64,000 bases of DNA from Candidatus Aenigmatarchaeota archaeon (GTDB lineage: Archaea > Aenigmatarchaeota > Aenigmatarchaeia > CG10238-14 > SCSR01). Shown here in pieces: positions 9,055 to 19,044 of the stretch; position 1 is the first letter of the stretch, and every line of letters starts with the position of its first letter. The notes below the pieces were generated by a model. The model worked only from the letters and a program-made list of their open reading frames with translations, searched no databases and was not told the origin of the DNA. The stretch is taken from the NCBI GenBank assembly GCA_039000165.1, contig JAWBTW010000005.1, forward strand, positions 981-64,980, in the 5' to 3' direction. The translations under genes and the position numbers were made by a program.

Positions 9055-9948
9055 CTAGCCATTATTAATTTTTAGCCATTCCCTACCCACTTTCTTATAT
9101 AGAAATTTCCATTTACAAACAGCTTCTTTTTGAGACTTGGAACTTTCTTTAATGAAGATAGCATGGACAAGTTTCTCTTGCTTCCTTTTAGAGGTAAAAC
9201 CTATTTTTACAGCGAATTTTTTAGTGTTACAGAACTTATGAACAATCAGTCTATAAACATACTTTTTTCTCACTATCCTCTTCTTATCGAAAGTGCAACT
9301 ACTTCCTGGTTTTATACACATCGTTATTTTCGAGTCTATTTTAAATTTTTTAAGTAGTTGTTTCACGTACTTGAGAAGTTCCAAAGAAGTGCTCACAAGG
9401 CCTACCTTAACAACAAACCCTTTATTTGCTTCCACATGAGGACAACCTTCAGAATCGAATAAACCTTGTAAGAATTCTTTAGGATACTTTTCTATAACAT
9501 ACTTCAAATCTTTTAACTTTTTTCCAGCAAGAAAATTGTATAGCGATTTACAACCTACTTGGATTCTAAAATACTTTCCGTCTTCGTAAATCTTGTTAGG
9601 TTTTTTGTCAAGAATAAACGCCAAGCAATAAGAAAATTTTTCAACAAATTCTTTATCTTTTGCTCTTAACTCAATTTTATAGTGGTAATTCTTTTGTTTA
9701 TAAAGAGATGCGTCACCAAAACATACGCCAATTATATAACTTAATTCTTTACAAGGTTTTGGTTTAAAGAAACCATAACGTAAAGAAGGTCGATTTTTAA
9801 TAAGATGTTTTACGGTCTTAGGAGTAATTTTAAGAACCCTGCTTATCTTATTTATACTAAGTTTGTTTGCACGTAGCATTTGAACTTTTTCATAAATTCT
9901 TAATCTTTCTACGGGAGTCATGAGACGTAAACTTTTTAATTTCATCAA
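9055..9948 (-). CDS. Free-standing LAGLIDADG-type homing-endonuclease-like protein with N-terminal HTH
   Basis: 297 aa. N-terminal HTH-like SINKISRVLKITPKTVKHLIKN. Two dodecapeptide-like motifs, YIIGVCFGDASLY and FLQGLFDSEGCPHV, spaced about 100 aa apart as in double-motif LAGLIDADG enzymes. Confidence 0.55.
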   Translation of the reverse strand: MMKLKSLRLMTPVERLRIYEKVQMLRANKLSINKISRVLKITPKTVKHLIKNRPSLRYGFFKPKPCKELSYIIGVCFGDASLYKQKNYHYKIELRAKDKEFVEKFSYCLAFILDKKPNKIYEDGKYFRIQVGCKSLYNFLAGKKLKDLKYVIEKYPKEFLQGLFDSEGCPHVEANKGFVVKVGLVSTSLELLKYVKQLLKKFKIDSKITMCIKPGSSCTFDKKRIVRKKYVYRLIVHKFCNTKKFAVKIGFTSKRKQEKLVHAIFIKESSKSQKEAVCKWKFLYKKVGREWLKINNG

Positions 9949-10010
9949 TTCTTTTTGTTGATTTCTCTGCCTTAATATGTTTTTGGAACACCTTGCTTCC
10001 GGTAAAAATT

Positions 10011-11258
10011 TTAATGTTTTTTAATGAATTCTGTCAAAACCCTTGCTTTAAAATCAGAAATTATACTCATAAAGTTTACAAAACCATCTTGAGGAGTTGG
10101 AAAACAAGAGAAATATTTATGTACATCACCATCTCCCCACCATTTTGTGCAGCAATAATATAAATGATCGCTAATCTGTAAGAGTCGCCATATTCTTGTT
10201 AGTTCAGGATTGTTCAAGGTTTTGATAGCCTTTTCAAGGTTTTTTAGTTCTTCGAAACAAACTTGTTGCATTCTATTACCAAGCCAGGCAGAAGTATCCC
10301 TTTCCATATCTGCCCAAGAAATTGTGCTGAACTCAAAAACATCAATTTCTCCAACAGGTTCATACTTTTCAATAGTTTCACTGGGCGTGCAAAACTCTAG
10401 GCTTTCGTACTTTAAAACTTCGTAAGGCAAGGCTTTCAAAAACCAGAATATTCCAGATTCTGCCCATTGATGTTCACCAAAAGTTTCATAATCCATAAAA
10501 ATGTTTATACATTGGCCAGGAGTTGCAGCAAGCCAAGCAGCATACTTATCAGCAGTCAAGGGCCATTGATCCCAATCTCTTGCAGAAAATCTATAGCCGA
10601 TATCATCGCTAAGCCTATAATTCCTTAATAAAACCCTTATTCTGCTCTCTGGTCTAGGATCATTAGGGAAAGCATATTTTCTTATGTAAACATAATTTGG
10701 GCTTCTCCATCCTAGAATTTTCTCTGTCCCTTCTGTGAAAATTCCTTTAAAACCCAAATCTTCTACAACCTTTGCTATTAAATTGTTATAAATCATCTCT
10801 GTATTAACAAAAACTTTTGGCGTGAAGTTAAGTAAATCTTTTATGGTTTGGGAGTGCATTTTTACTTGTTCTATAAACTCATCTTTTTGTTCGAAAAGAC
10901 TTGCTAGAGAATGATAGTAAGTTTCGCCTAAGAATTCCACGCATTTTGTTTCTGCTAGCTGCTTAAAGCTATCTATAAGGTCCTTATGAAACATCTCGCA
11001 CAGCTCTAAAAAAACTCCTGTGATAGAAAAAGTTACCTTAAATTTTTTCCTCTCTTTTTTGAAGTTGTCTATAAGCTCTAATAATATTCTGTTTGTAGGA
11101 TAGTAGCATCTACTTGCAACTCTGTCAAAAATGTACTTATCTAGACCATGATTAAAATATTTCGAAAAGGCTTCTTGATTGCTTAGAATACCATTACTCT
11201 GAAAGTTTGTTAATCTAAAAGGCTGGTGAACTTGAAAACAAAGGTTTATCGAAGTCAT
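10011..11258 (-). CDS. Glycoside hydrolase family 57 (alpha-amylase / 4-alpha-glucanotransferase-like)
   Basis: 415 aa with an N-terminal CFQVHQPFRL motif (the HQP motif of GH57). Lies in a glycogen gene neighbourhood. Confidence 0.7.
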   Translation of the reverse strand: MTSINLCFQVHQPFRLTNFQSNGILSNQEAFSKYFNHGLDKYIFDRVASRCYYPTNRILLELIDNFKKERKKFKVTFSITGVFLELCEMFHKDLIDSFKQLAETKCVEFLGETYYHSLASLFEQKDEFIEQVKMHSQTIKDLLNFTPKVFVNTEMIYNNLIAKVVEDLGFKGIFTEGTEKILGWRSPNYVYIRKYAFPNDPRPESRIRVLLRNYRLSDDIGYRFSARDWDQWPLTADKYAAWLAATPGQCINIFMDYETFGEHQWAESGIFWFLKALPYEVLKYESLEFCTPSETIEKYEPVGEIDVFEFSTISWADMERDTSAWLGNRMQQVCFEELKNLEKAIKTLNNPELTRIWRLLQISDHLYYCCTKWWGDGDVHKYFSCFPTPQDGFVNFMSIISDFKARVLTEFIKKH

Positions 11259-11322
11259 GATATTAAATTAATGGAAAGCTTATAAATAAAGTTAATGTTT
11301 TAAGAAAAGAGAAAAATTATAT

Positions 11323-13311
11323 ATGAGTGTTTTATTGGCTAGTGACCTTTCAAAAAACTCTTACATCCTCTCGGGAAAAAAAGTCTTTTTCCATAGATAT
11401 TGTGATACTGGTTTCAAAACTAAGTGGACAGGCCTGTGGCAGGATTCTAAAAAATTTCTAGATTATTTTAGTTTCAAAATAAACGGCATCTGGCTTTCTC
11501 CCGAGAACTGTAAAAGTTTTGAATTTGGAGAAATAGATGCGACTCATTTTTTTAACCTAAAAAATATTGAACTAAAAGAATTCTTGCAAGTTCCTGAAAA
11601 TTTGAACTCTTTCATTTCTTTGCTTACAATTCAAAATAATTCTGAGAAAGAGGAAAAAATTAAAGTGGAGGTTGAAATTGGGATTAACATAAGAGAAAGG
11701 GAAGAAAACTGGCATGAAAGAAGCTATTTAACAAGGTTTTATGACAACAAATTGATAGTCAATTCTGAGAAAGGTTGTTTGATTTTTGGGAGTTCTCCTA
11801 CTGGAAACTTTGAACAAAAGCCAATTTATAAAGACCATTATCCTTCGGGAGAGAAACAAAGATGTTTCATTCCAGGAAATTATTTCTTAGATTTTGTTCT
11901 TACCCCTAAATCCTCAAAAGAGATTTTCTTTATTTTTTCTCTAGGAAATAACGAGGTAGAAGCCTTAGCAGAATTTGAAAAAACAAAAACCTCTTTATTT
12001 TCTCTGTTTTTTGAAAAAGAAAAAAAGTATCAAGAGCTTTTAAGTATAACAAAGTTTTCTTGCGGCATGGAAGAGTTAGAGGAACTTTTTAGATGGAGTG
12101 TTATTAATTTAGAAAAGCTTGCTTTCAACTCAAACTTTGGTTTTGGTTACTTTGCTGGCTACCCTTGGTTCACTCAGTTTTGGGGAAGGGATTCAGGGTG
12201 GATAATTCCAGCAATAGTTGACTTAGGAAAATTTGAAGAAGCAAAAGAAGCTTTAAAAACTCTTGCAAGTTTCCAGTCAGAGGAAGGAAAGATTCCTAAC
12301 GTTATTTACATGAACGGGAAAGTAGATTACAATTCAGCAGACTCTACACTTCTTTGGATAATTGCTTTAAATCATTACTTGAAAAATTCTGGTGATATAA
12401 GTTTAATCAAAAGCTTGAAGAAAAATTTTTTCAAGGCTTTGGACTGGATAAAATCCAAGGAAAATAAAGATGGGTTTATAGAGCATGGAGAAAAAGAAAC
12501 TTGGATGGACACTTTAGAAAGAAAAAACGCTTTAGAAATTCAGGCAATGCTTATAGCTTCGTTAAAAGCTGCGTCAGAAATAGCAAAAATTTTCTGGGAA
12601 GATAATGAGCTATGGCAAAAGGCAACAAAACTTGAGAAAAAATTTGAAAAATTTTTCTGGAGCGAGAAAGAAAATTTTTATGTTGATTTTATAAACGGAA
12701 GAAAAGCTAGGACTATCAATTCGATATTTCCTTTATTCTTTGGAATTTCAAGAAACGCGAGGAAAGTCTTAAAAACAATAGAAAGCGAAGAGTTTACTTC
12801 AGATTATGGAGTAAGAACAATATCTAAAAAAGATTCTGAATACAATCCTGCAGGCTATCATACAGGAAGTTCTTGGGGATGGATTGTTGGCTTAGTGGCC
12901 TGTTCAGAATTTAAGAATAAAAACTATAAAAAGGGTCTGGATTACTTAAGAATCCTTTACAAAAATTTGAACCAAAGTTGTGTTAAAAGTTTAGGAGAAG
13001 CTTGGAACGCTGAAAATAACGATGTAAACCTTTGGAAGGTAAACTTTTCTGAACCCGGAGCTTGCTTGCAAGGCTGGAGCTCTGCCTTGGTTATAAGATG
13101 TGTGGACGAATTCTTACTTGGGATGAACATCTATGCTAAAGAAAAAACAGTAATATTGTCTCCTTCTCTTTGGCCTGGGGCAAAAATTTTAAGAAGAAAG
13201 AGAATAGGAAACGATTTTGTAGATTTTACGATTAGAAGAGTAAGGAATAAAGTAGAAGTAAGTTACAAAAGTGAGAATAATTTAAAGTACAAAATAATTC
13301 TTCGCCCTTAA
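11323..13311 (+). CDS. Glycogen debranching enzyme / amylo-alpha-1,6-glucosidase (GDE_C domain)
   Basis: 662 aa. GYFAGYPWFTQFWGRDSGWIIPAIVDLGKFEEA resembles the (alpha/alpha)6-barrel GDE C-terminal domain. Confidence 0.75.
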   Translation: MSVLLASDLSKNSYILSGKKVFFHRYCDTGFKTKWTGLWQDSKKFLDYFSFKINGIWLSPENCKSFEFGEIDATHFFNLKNIELKEFLQVPENLNSFISLLTIQNNSEKEEKIKVEVEIGINIREREENWHERSYLTRFYDNKLIVNSEKGCLIFGSSPTGNFEQKPIYKDHYPSGEKQRCFIPGNYFLDFVLTPKSSKEIFFIFSLGNNEVEALAEFEKTKTSLFSLFFEKEKKYQELLSITKFSCGMEELEELFRWSVINLEKLAFNSNFGFGYFAGYPWFTQFWGRDSGWIIPAIVDLGKFEEAKEALKTLASFQSEEGKIPNVIYMNGKVDYNSADSTLLWIIALNHYLKNSGDISLIKSLKKNFFKALDWIKSKENKDGFIEHGEKETWMDTLERKNALEIQAMLIASLKAASEIAKIFWEDNELWQKATKLEKKFEKFFWSEKENFYVDFINGRKARTINSIFPLFFGISRNARKVLKTIESEEFTSDYGVRTISKKDSEYNPAGYHTGSSWGWIVGLVACSEFKNKNYKKGLDYLRILYKNLNQSCVKSLGEAWNAENNDVNLWKVNFSEPGACLQGWSSALVIRCVDEFLLGMNIYAKEKTVILSPSLWPGAKILRRKRIGNDFVDFTIRRVRNKVEVSYKSENNLKYKIILRP

Positions 13312-13511
13312 ACAAGTTTGTAGAAAGTCCCTTTCTTATCCTTTATTATTTCTATTTTCCCTTCCCTTCCAAGCCATCCCAAAGCTCCGTAGACTTCGTT
13401 TAGCTTGAGTTTTGTTTCCTTTGCTATCATGTTAGCAGTCAAAGGACCTTTTGAATTTAAAGCATGCCATACTTTTCCTGCGTTAACGCCAAAAACTTCT
13501 TCCGGCTTCAT
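13308..13511 (-). CDS. Small winged-helix protein (DUF2582-like)
   Basis: 67 aa. ...LTANMIAKETKLKLNEVYGALGWLGREGKIEI is wHTH-like. Operonic with the cupin PGI: its start lies 5 nt after the PGI stop. Confidence 0.45.
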   Translation of the reverse strand: MKPEEVFGVNAGKVWHALNSKGPLTANMIAKETKLKLNEVYGALGWLGREGKIEIIKDKKGTFYKLV

Positions 13512-13516
13512 AAATA

Positions 13517-14278
13517 TTAGGTTTGGTTTCCTATAAAATAAACTTTTTCATTCTTAAAAGGATCAAAAAGTATTTCTTTAAGCCTTTTCTCATTCTTTTC
13601 AAGAAGTTTCAAAGGGTTTTCTTTTTTCTTTATTTTCCTTATGAAAACGAAGCTGCAATCATTAAAGTTCGGGTTTGGTCTAATTTCTAACTTGTTTTTG
13701 ATAAGAAAAAGGTGAAATGGAAAGCCTTTACCTTTAACAGAAGAATAATCATGCCCTGCAACTTCTGGATAAAAAGTTGCAAATAGCGTATCTTTTTTCC
13801 AACAAACTGTTCTATGGTAGAAGTTTGGATGGACAAATAGAAAATCGTTTTTTCTTAATTTTATTATGAAAGTTTTGAAAGTTTGTTTTTCTGTTAGAAT
13901 AAGAAAACAATCATTTTTAATCACATAGTAAGCCTCTCCACAATAGGTTTCATGAGCATGTCCATAAGTTGAAAAGAGCTCACCTTCCTTGGAAATCGAA
14001 TAAACTCCAAACTTAAGTAAGGTTAAATCAGAAGCAATTCTAGTTCTTTCAAAAATTTCTTTAAATTTTTCTAAACTTTTCCACAAGTGATATTGTTCGT
14101 AAACTACTACATCTCCTTTAAAGGTAAGCATTTTTCTTGCATTTTCTAAGTCAAGTATAACTTTGTCTTGAACGAGCTGTGATGCAAACCTTTTCCATCC
14201 TTCAACTTTTTGTTTAAAGTTTAAAGCTAAGGCATTATCTTTTTCCTTTAAATTATACCCAAAACTTATTCTTGCCAT
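13517..14278 (-). CDS. pgiA: Cupin-type glucose-6-phosphate isomerase (cPGI, archaeal)
   Basis: 253 aa. TYGHAHETYCGEAYYV ... HPNFYHRTVC ... YPEVAGHDYSSVKGKGF closely parallels Pyrococcus cPGI motifs (GHxH..E, YWAHRTVN, YPADAGHDYGTIAEKGF). Confidence 0.7.
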   Translation of the reverse strand: MARISFGYNLKEKDNALALNFKQKVEGWKRFASQLVQDKVILDLENARKMLTFKGDVVVYEQYHLWKSLEKFKEIFERTRIASDLTLLKFGVYSISKEGELFSTYGHAHETYCGEAYYVIKNDCFLILTEKQTFKTFIIKLRKNDFLFVHPNFYHRTVCWKKDTLFATFYPEVAGHDYSSVKGKGFPFHLFLIKNKLEIRPNPNFNDCSFVFIRKIKKKENPLKLLEKNEKRLKEILFDPFKNEKVYFIGNQT

Positions 14279-14312
14279 AATTTAAAATTATCAGAAAGTA
14301 AAAATAAATCAT

Positions 14313-15587
14313 ATGAGCTTAGCAGTTTATGTTCCTTGGCTTCATATGCATCAACCTTTAGTTTGGCTTAAAGTTAACGAAGAAGAAAAGCTTGTTAGCA
14401 ATTTAGAAAAAATGCTTATTTCTTGCGATTCAAGAGAAAGTTGGGATGCAAAGCTTATAGCAAGAGCTTACAAGAATCCTGCAAAGTACTTTAAACAATT
14501 AAAAGAAGAGGGTTATGAACCAAGAATAATCCTTGACTTTTCTGGAATCTTGCTCGAAAGCCTGGAAGAATTGGGTAAAAGAGGTGTTTTGGATAGGATA
14601 GAGGTTGAGGGAGAAAAAGTAGGTAACATAATAGAGCTTTATAAAGAGGTTCTGAAACTTGATGGAATAGAAATGACAGGCTCAGCCTATTCCCACTGTT
14701 ACTTTCCTGCAATTCCTGAGGAAGATTGGGACCTTCAGGTTAGAGAATGGAAAAATACTTTTGGAAGAATTTTTGGCAAGAAATACTTGGAGAAGATAAA
14801 GGGGTTTTGGCTCCCCGAGCTAGGCTTACCAGCATTTGAGGATAGGGTTTATAAGCTTTTGAAAGTTTTGGAAAGCAATGATTACGAATGGCTTGTTCTA
14901 CCTATTCAAGCAGTAGAAAATTATGAAAATTTAAGTTACGAGGAGAGAATAAGGATAGCTTGCCAGCCACACTTACTCAAAATAAAAGATATTTCTTTTA
15001 AGGTAGTTTTCAGGTTTCCAAGTTATGTAATAGATCAGCAAGCAGGTTGTAGTGCAGAAGAAGTTTATAAAAGGGCTTTACAAACAGCAAGAATTTTTAG
15101 AAAATTTAGTAAAAAGCCTGCCTTGATAGTTCCAGCAAGTGATGGAGAGAACGGTAATGTGATGATGAACGAATTCTTCCCCCAAACATTTGTCCCATTT
15201 TTCAAGGAAAAAATTGGTGAAGAGATAATTTCGTTAACAGTTTCTGAGTTTCTTGACGAATATTATAAAGAAAAAATCGAAAGTAAAATAACGGTGAAAA
15301 CTTTAGGAGCATCTTGGATTGATGGTCATAAGCTCTGGTTAGAGGGAATGAAAAAGATAGAGATTGCAAATAAAATTGCAAACTTGAGCAGAAGGTTCCA
15401 TCAACTAAAAGAAAAAGTTGATGAAAAGAATCTAGAAGATGTAAAAAGGTTTTTACTTATAGCAGAGACCTCTTGCTATGTCTACTGGGGGACTGATTTT
15501 TGGTACAATCAAGGAGAAAAAACTATAAAAATAGTTGAAGAAAAGCTTAAAAATCTTGAAAAAATTTATATGGGGAACAAAGTTTAA
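14313..15587 (+). CDS. Putative GH57-family-like alpha-glucan-active enzyme (uncertain)
   Basis: 424 aa. N-terminal VYVPWLHMHQPLVW resembles the GH57 HQP motif; located in the glycogen gene block. Family assignment is tentative. Confidence 0.4.
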   Translation: MSLAVYVPWLHMHQPLVWLKVNEEEKLVSNLEKMLISCDSRESWDAKLIARAYKNPAKYFKQLKEEGYEPRIILDFSGILLESLEELGKRGVLDRIEVEGEKVGNIIELYKEVLKLDGIEMTGSAYSHCYFPAIPEEDWDLQVREWKNTFGRIFGKKYLEKIKGFWLPELGLPAFEDRVYKLLKVLESNDYEWLVLPIQAVENYENLSYEERIRIACQPHLLKIKDISFKVVFRFPSYVIDQQAGCSAEEVYKRALQTARIFRKFSKKPALIVPASDGENGNVMMNEFFPQTFVPFFKEKIGEEIISLTVSEFLDEYYKEKIESKITVKTLGASWIDGHKLWLEGMKKIEIANKIANLSRRFHQLKEKVDEKNLEDVKRFLLIAETSCYVYWGTDFWYNQGEKTIKIVEEKLKNLEKIYMGNKV

Positions 15588-15609
15588 TATTATTATATCG
15601 GGATAAAGA

Positions 15610-16779
15610 ATGAGGATTGCTTTCTTTTCTTGGGAATCGCTCCACTCAATTCCTGTAGGAGGAATAGCTGTTCATGTAACTGAGCTTGCGGCAGCCCTTC
15701 AGAGAAGGGGGCATGAGGTTCACGTTTTCACAAGGATAGGACCAAACCAACAAATTTATGAATGTATAGATGGTGTGCATTACCATCGCTGTCCTTTTAA
15801 CTTTCATTCTGATTTTATTCAAGAAATGCATAATATGAGTAAGTCAATGGTTCACTACTTTTTTGAAACAGAAAATTATGTAGGAAATTTTGACATAGTT
15901 CATGGCCATGATTGGCATGTGGTTAGCGCTTTAGATGAGATAAAAAAAGCAAGAAATAAAAAAATAGTCTGGACTCTACATTCAACTCAATTTGGAAGAG
16001 ATGGAAATCATTTTTATGACGGTAAGGCTAACGATATAAAAAATATAGAATGGTACGGAACTTACATTGCTGATAGGCTAATAGTTTGCTCCCAAACGAT
16101 GAAAAATGAAGCTCAATGGGTTCACAGAGTTCCTGAGTGGAAGATTAGGGTAGTACATAACGGTATTTCTGCGCATAAGTTTAACGGTTTCATAGACCCT
16201 TGGAATGATGTGAAAAAAAGATATGGCATAGGACCTTTGGACCCTGTAGCTACTTTTATTGGAAGGATGACCTATCAAAAAGGCCCTGACTTACTGATGG
16301 AGGCAATTCCTGATATCCTAAACTCTTTCCCAAACGCAAAATTCTTTTTTGTAGGTGACGGCTATATGAAATCTCAAATAGAGCATAGAGCAAGAGAGTT
16401 AAACGTTTCTCATGCAGTAAGGTTTACCGGTTATGTTTCTGAGGAAGAAAAGATAAAAATAATAAAAGCTAGCGATTGTATTGTTGTGCCTAGCAGGAAT
16501 GAACCTTTCGGTATAGTTGTTCTTGAGGCCTGGGCAGCAGGTAAACCAGTAATAGCAACCCATGGAACAGGGGCAGGAGAAATAGTTTGGCATGAGGTTA
16601 CAGGTTTGAGAGTTTATCAAGCCCCTAACTCGATTGCCTGGGGAGTGAAATATATATTTTCTAACTTCGAAAAGGCAAGATGGATGGGAGCTAACGGTAG
16701 AAAAGCAGCAGAAGAAGCTTTCAACTGGGATAGGATAGCTTATTACACAGAGCAAGTTTACAAAGAGCTTTTAGGATAA
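15610..16779 (+). CDS. Glycosyltransferase family 4 (retaining GT-B; possible alpha-glucan synthase)
   Basis: 389 aa. N-terminal MRIAFFSWES..PVGGIAVHVTELAAAL and C-terminal EPFGIVVLEAWAAGKPVIAT are typical of GT4/GT1. Confidence 0.7.
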   Translation: MRIAFFSWESLHSIPVGGIAVHVTELAAALQRRGHEVHVFTRIGPNQQIYECIDGVHYHRCPFNFHSDFIQEMHNMSKSMVHYFFETENYVGNFDIVHGHDWHVVSALDEIKKARNKKIVWTLHSTQFGRDGNHFYDGKANDIKNIEWYGTYIADRLIVCSQTMKNEAQWVHRVPEWKIRVVHNGISAHKFNGFIDPWNDVKKRYGIGPLDPVATFIGRMTYQKGPDLLMEAIPDILNSFPNAKFFFVGDGYMKSQIEHRARELNVSHAVRFTGYVSEEEKIKIIKASDCIVVPSRNEPFGIVVLEAWAAGKPVIATHGTGAGEIVWHEVTGLRVYQAPNSIAWGVKYIFSNFEKARWMGANGRKAAEEAFNWDRIAYYTEQVYKELLG

Positions 16780-16812
16780 ACCGATAAGTTTAAGTAAAAA
16801 GCAAAGCTATTA

Positions 16813-17058
16813 TTGGTTAAGAATTATGGTGAAAAAATGAAATGCTGGTTTTGCGAAAAAGATGCTCGCGGAGTATGCATAGTTTGCGGAAGAGCTGTTT
16901 GCTACGAGCATGCTGACAAGTTAGATCAATTTACTCACGCTAAAAGCGATACCTGCACAGGGTTTGCAAGTTATGAAAAAGGTTTTAATGTTTTAAAGTG
17001 TAGAGAATGCAAGCTTGAATGGGAAAGTTGGGAACAAGGGAAAAGGATAATCAAATAG
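16813..17058 (+). CDS. Small Cys-rich zinc-ribbon protein
   Basis: 81 aa with CWFCEKDARGVCIVCGRAVCYEH ... CRECK, i.e. several CxxC pairs. Confidence 0.4.
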   Translation: MVKNYGEKMKCWFCEKDARGVCIVCGRAVCYEHADKLDQFTHAKSDTCTGFASYEKGFNVLKCRECKLEWESWEQGKRIIK

Positions 17059-17081
17059 TATTCGACAGAGAATTTTTGTGT

Positions 17082-18128
17082 TTAGAATAAACCCAGAAAC
17101 TTTCCAGCAATTATGAACATGGCATGACTCCAAGCTAAAGGAATAATTGAAGCAGGCTTACTATTTTTTATTTGCTCTGGTAACTTTTCTTCAACTCTTT
17201 CTAAAACCCAGTTAAAATACTCCAAAGCCTTAGCTTTATTTCCGGCTAAGCAAAAATAAATCGAAAGCCAAAAGTTTAAAACAGGCCAGGCTCCCCCTTC
17301 TTTTCTTCTTAAATAACCTGCATACCTATCTCCTTTATAACGCATAATTCCTTTTCCTTCTGTTGAGTTTTCTTCTATTATTTTTTCTACAGTAGAAACA
17401 ATTCTGGGATCTTTTGCGTCAAAAACTTCAGAAGGCCAAACTAAACCAAGCAAAGAAGAATCTACGGTTTTATCTTTTTCTGAGTTAAACTTTCTAACAA
17501 AACATTTACTTTCTTCGTCATAAGCTTTTTCTATTCTTGCTCTCATTTGTTTTAAGCATTCTTCCCATCTTTTGTTTGGACCGATTAAGTTTAAAGCGCA
17601 CTCCAAACCTTTAATGCACATAGCCAAAGAGTAAGTGAAATTTTCCTGTTTTTTTGGCGAAGCAACTCTTTCTTCCCATAAGTCATAATGTCTTTTGAAG
17701 CAACCTCCTTTCCATGAATTACAAATTCCTTCAGCAATTTTTTTGGCCAGTTCATTAAACTTGTTAGTTGAAAAAATTTCAGAGTGGCTATGAATAGCCC
17801 AAAGTAAAGTTCCTAGTTGATCGGGCTGAAATTGCCTTCCATACATTTTTCCGCTAGGATAATATCGCATGTAAAAAATTCCTTCTTCTTTAAACTTTTC
17901 AACTTCCCAGCACCATTCAAAAAATTTTTCTGGAATTTTCTTAATTTTTAGCAAGTCACAAGCATGACAAACAAAGCTGGCATCTCTAGGCCAAACATAA
18001 AAATAATTTTTTACTCCTTTTGGGTAGTCTGGATCATAAATGTTGGAAGCAACTATCGCTCCATTCCTTAAAGAGCATTCGTTAAAAACTTCTATACTTC
18101 TTTTAAAAATTCTCTCAACCTTATCCAT
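17082..18128 (-). CDS. GH15-like (glucoamylase/glucodextranase-type (alpha/alpha)6 barrel) protein, short form
   Basis: 348 aa. YVWPRDASFVCHACDLL resembles the GH15 WxRD motif region; sits between PfkB kinase and glycogen genes. Shorter than classical glucoamylases. Confidence 0.5.
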   Translation of the reverse strand: MDKVERIFKRSIEVFNECSLRNGAIVASNIYDPDYPKGVKNYFYVWPRDASFVCHACDLLKIKKIPEKFFEWCWEVEKFKEEGIFYMRYYPSGKMYGRQFQPDQLGTLLWAIHSHSEIFSTNKFNELAKKIAEGICNSWKGGCFKRHYDLWEERVASPKKQENFTYSLAMCIKGLECALNLIGPNKRWEECLKQMRARIEKAYDEESKCFVRKFNSEKDKTVDSSLLGLVWPSEVFDAKDPRIVSTVEKIIEENSTEGKGIMRYKGDRYAGYLRRKEGGAWPVLNFWLSIYFCLAGNKAKALEYFNWVLERVEEKLPEQIKNSKPASIIPLAWSHAMFIIAGKFLGLF

Positions 18129-19044
18129 ACTCTTTCCTCACCAATCTTTCAACTTCTTTTCTTGTTGGAAATCTTTCATCACCAAACCTTGAGATAGCAA
18201 AAGAGGCTAATGCATTACCATAAATTCCAGCTTTTTCAATTTTTTTATGTTTCAAATAACCAAAAACAAAACCTGTGTTAAAAAAATCCCCTGCTCCTGT
18301 TGGGTTAATAGCTTTTGTTTTTATTGCTCCTATTCTGAAAATTTTTTCTTTGTTTGCTACCATACAACCTTTTTCACCAAGCTTTAAAGCAACGTTTTTA
18401 CAACCAAAACCTAAAATTTTTTCAACAATTTTTTCTTCATTTTTTTCTCTTGTCAAAATTTTTCCTTCCTCAAAATCCGGAAAGAAAAAATCCAAAAGTT
18501 TGAGGTTCTTTTTCAGTTCTTTTAAGTTACAATTTATCCCACTTTTGAGATCAGGTTCTAAACATGTTATCATTCCTTTTTGTTTAGCAAATTCCAAAAC
18601 TTTTCTTACATCTTTTTGGAAATTTTTCTGTAGGTTATAACCTCCAATATACAAAACTTTTCCTTCAATTTCTTCAAGTTCGAAATCTTTTGATGAAAAC
18701 AAAGCATTTGTTCCTCTAAAAGTTAGCAAAGATCTTGCCCCATCTTTAAAATGAATCCCTATGCTTATTCCTGTTTCTCTGTTTGTTCTTTTAATTTTAC
18801 TTTCAATTCCAAACCTTTCCATTTCTTTTACTATAAAATCTCCAAAAAAGTCATTTCCAACCAAACCGATAAACCTTGTGTTTATTCCAAGCTTAGAGAT
18901 TGCCATAGCAAAGTGAGCAGCTCCTCCACCAACTTCGAGTTTAGCACAATCTACCAAAACTTGCGAATCTTTTTTTGGATATTTTTCTATCGGAGAAGTC
19001 AAGATATCAACGTTTACATCGCCTATAACAGTTATCTTAACCAT
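18121..19044 (-). CDS. PfkB-family carbohydrate kinase (ribokinase-like fold)
   Basis: 307 aa. GGGAAHFAMAISKLG and C-terminal NPTGAGDFFNTGFVFG (the GAGD anion-hole motif). 8-nt overlap with the downstream GH15-like gene. Confidence 0.75.
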   Translation of the reverse strand: MVKITVIGDVNVDILTSPIEKYPKKDSQVLVDCAKLEVGGGAAHFAMAISKLGINTRFIGLVGNDFFGDFIVKEMERFGIESKIKRTNRETGISIGIHFKDGARSLLTFRGTNALFSSKDFELEEIEGKVLYIGGYNLQKNFQKDVRKVLEFAKQKGMITCLEPDLKSGINCNLKELKKNLKLLDFFFPDFEEGKILTREKNEEKIVEKILGFGCKNVALKLGEKGCMVANKEKIFRIGAIKTKAINPTGAGDFFNTGFVFGYLKHKKIEKAGIYGNALASFAISRFGDERFPTRKEVERLVRKEYG

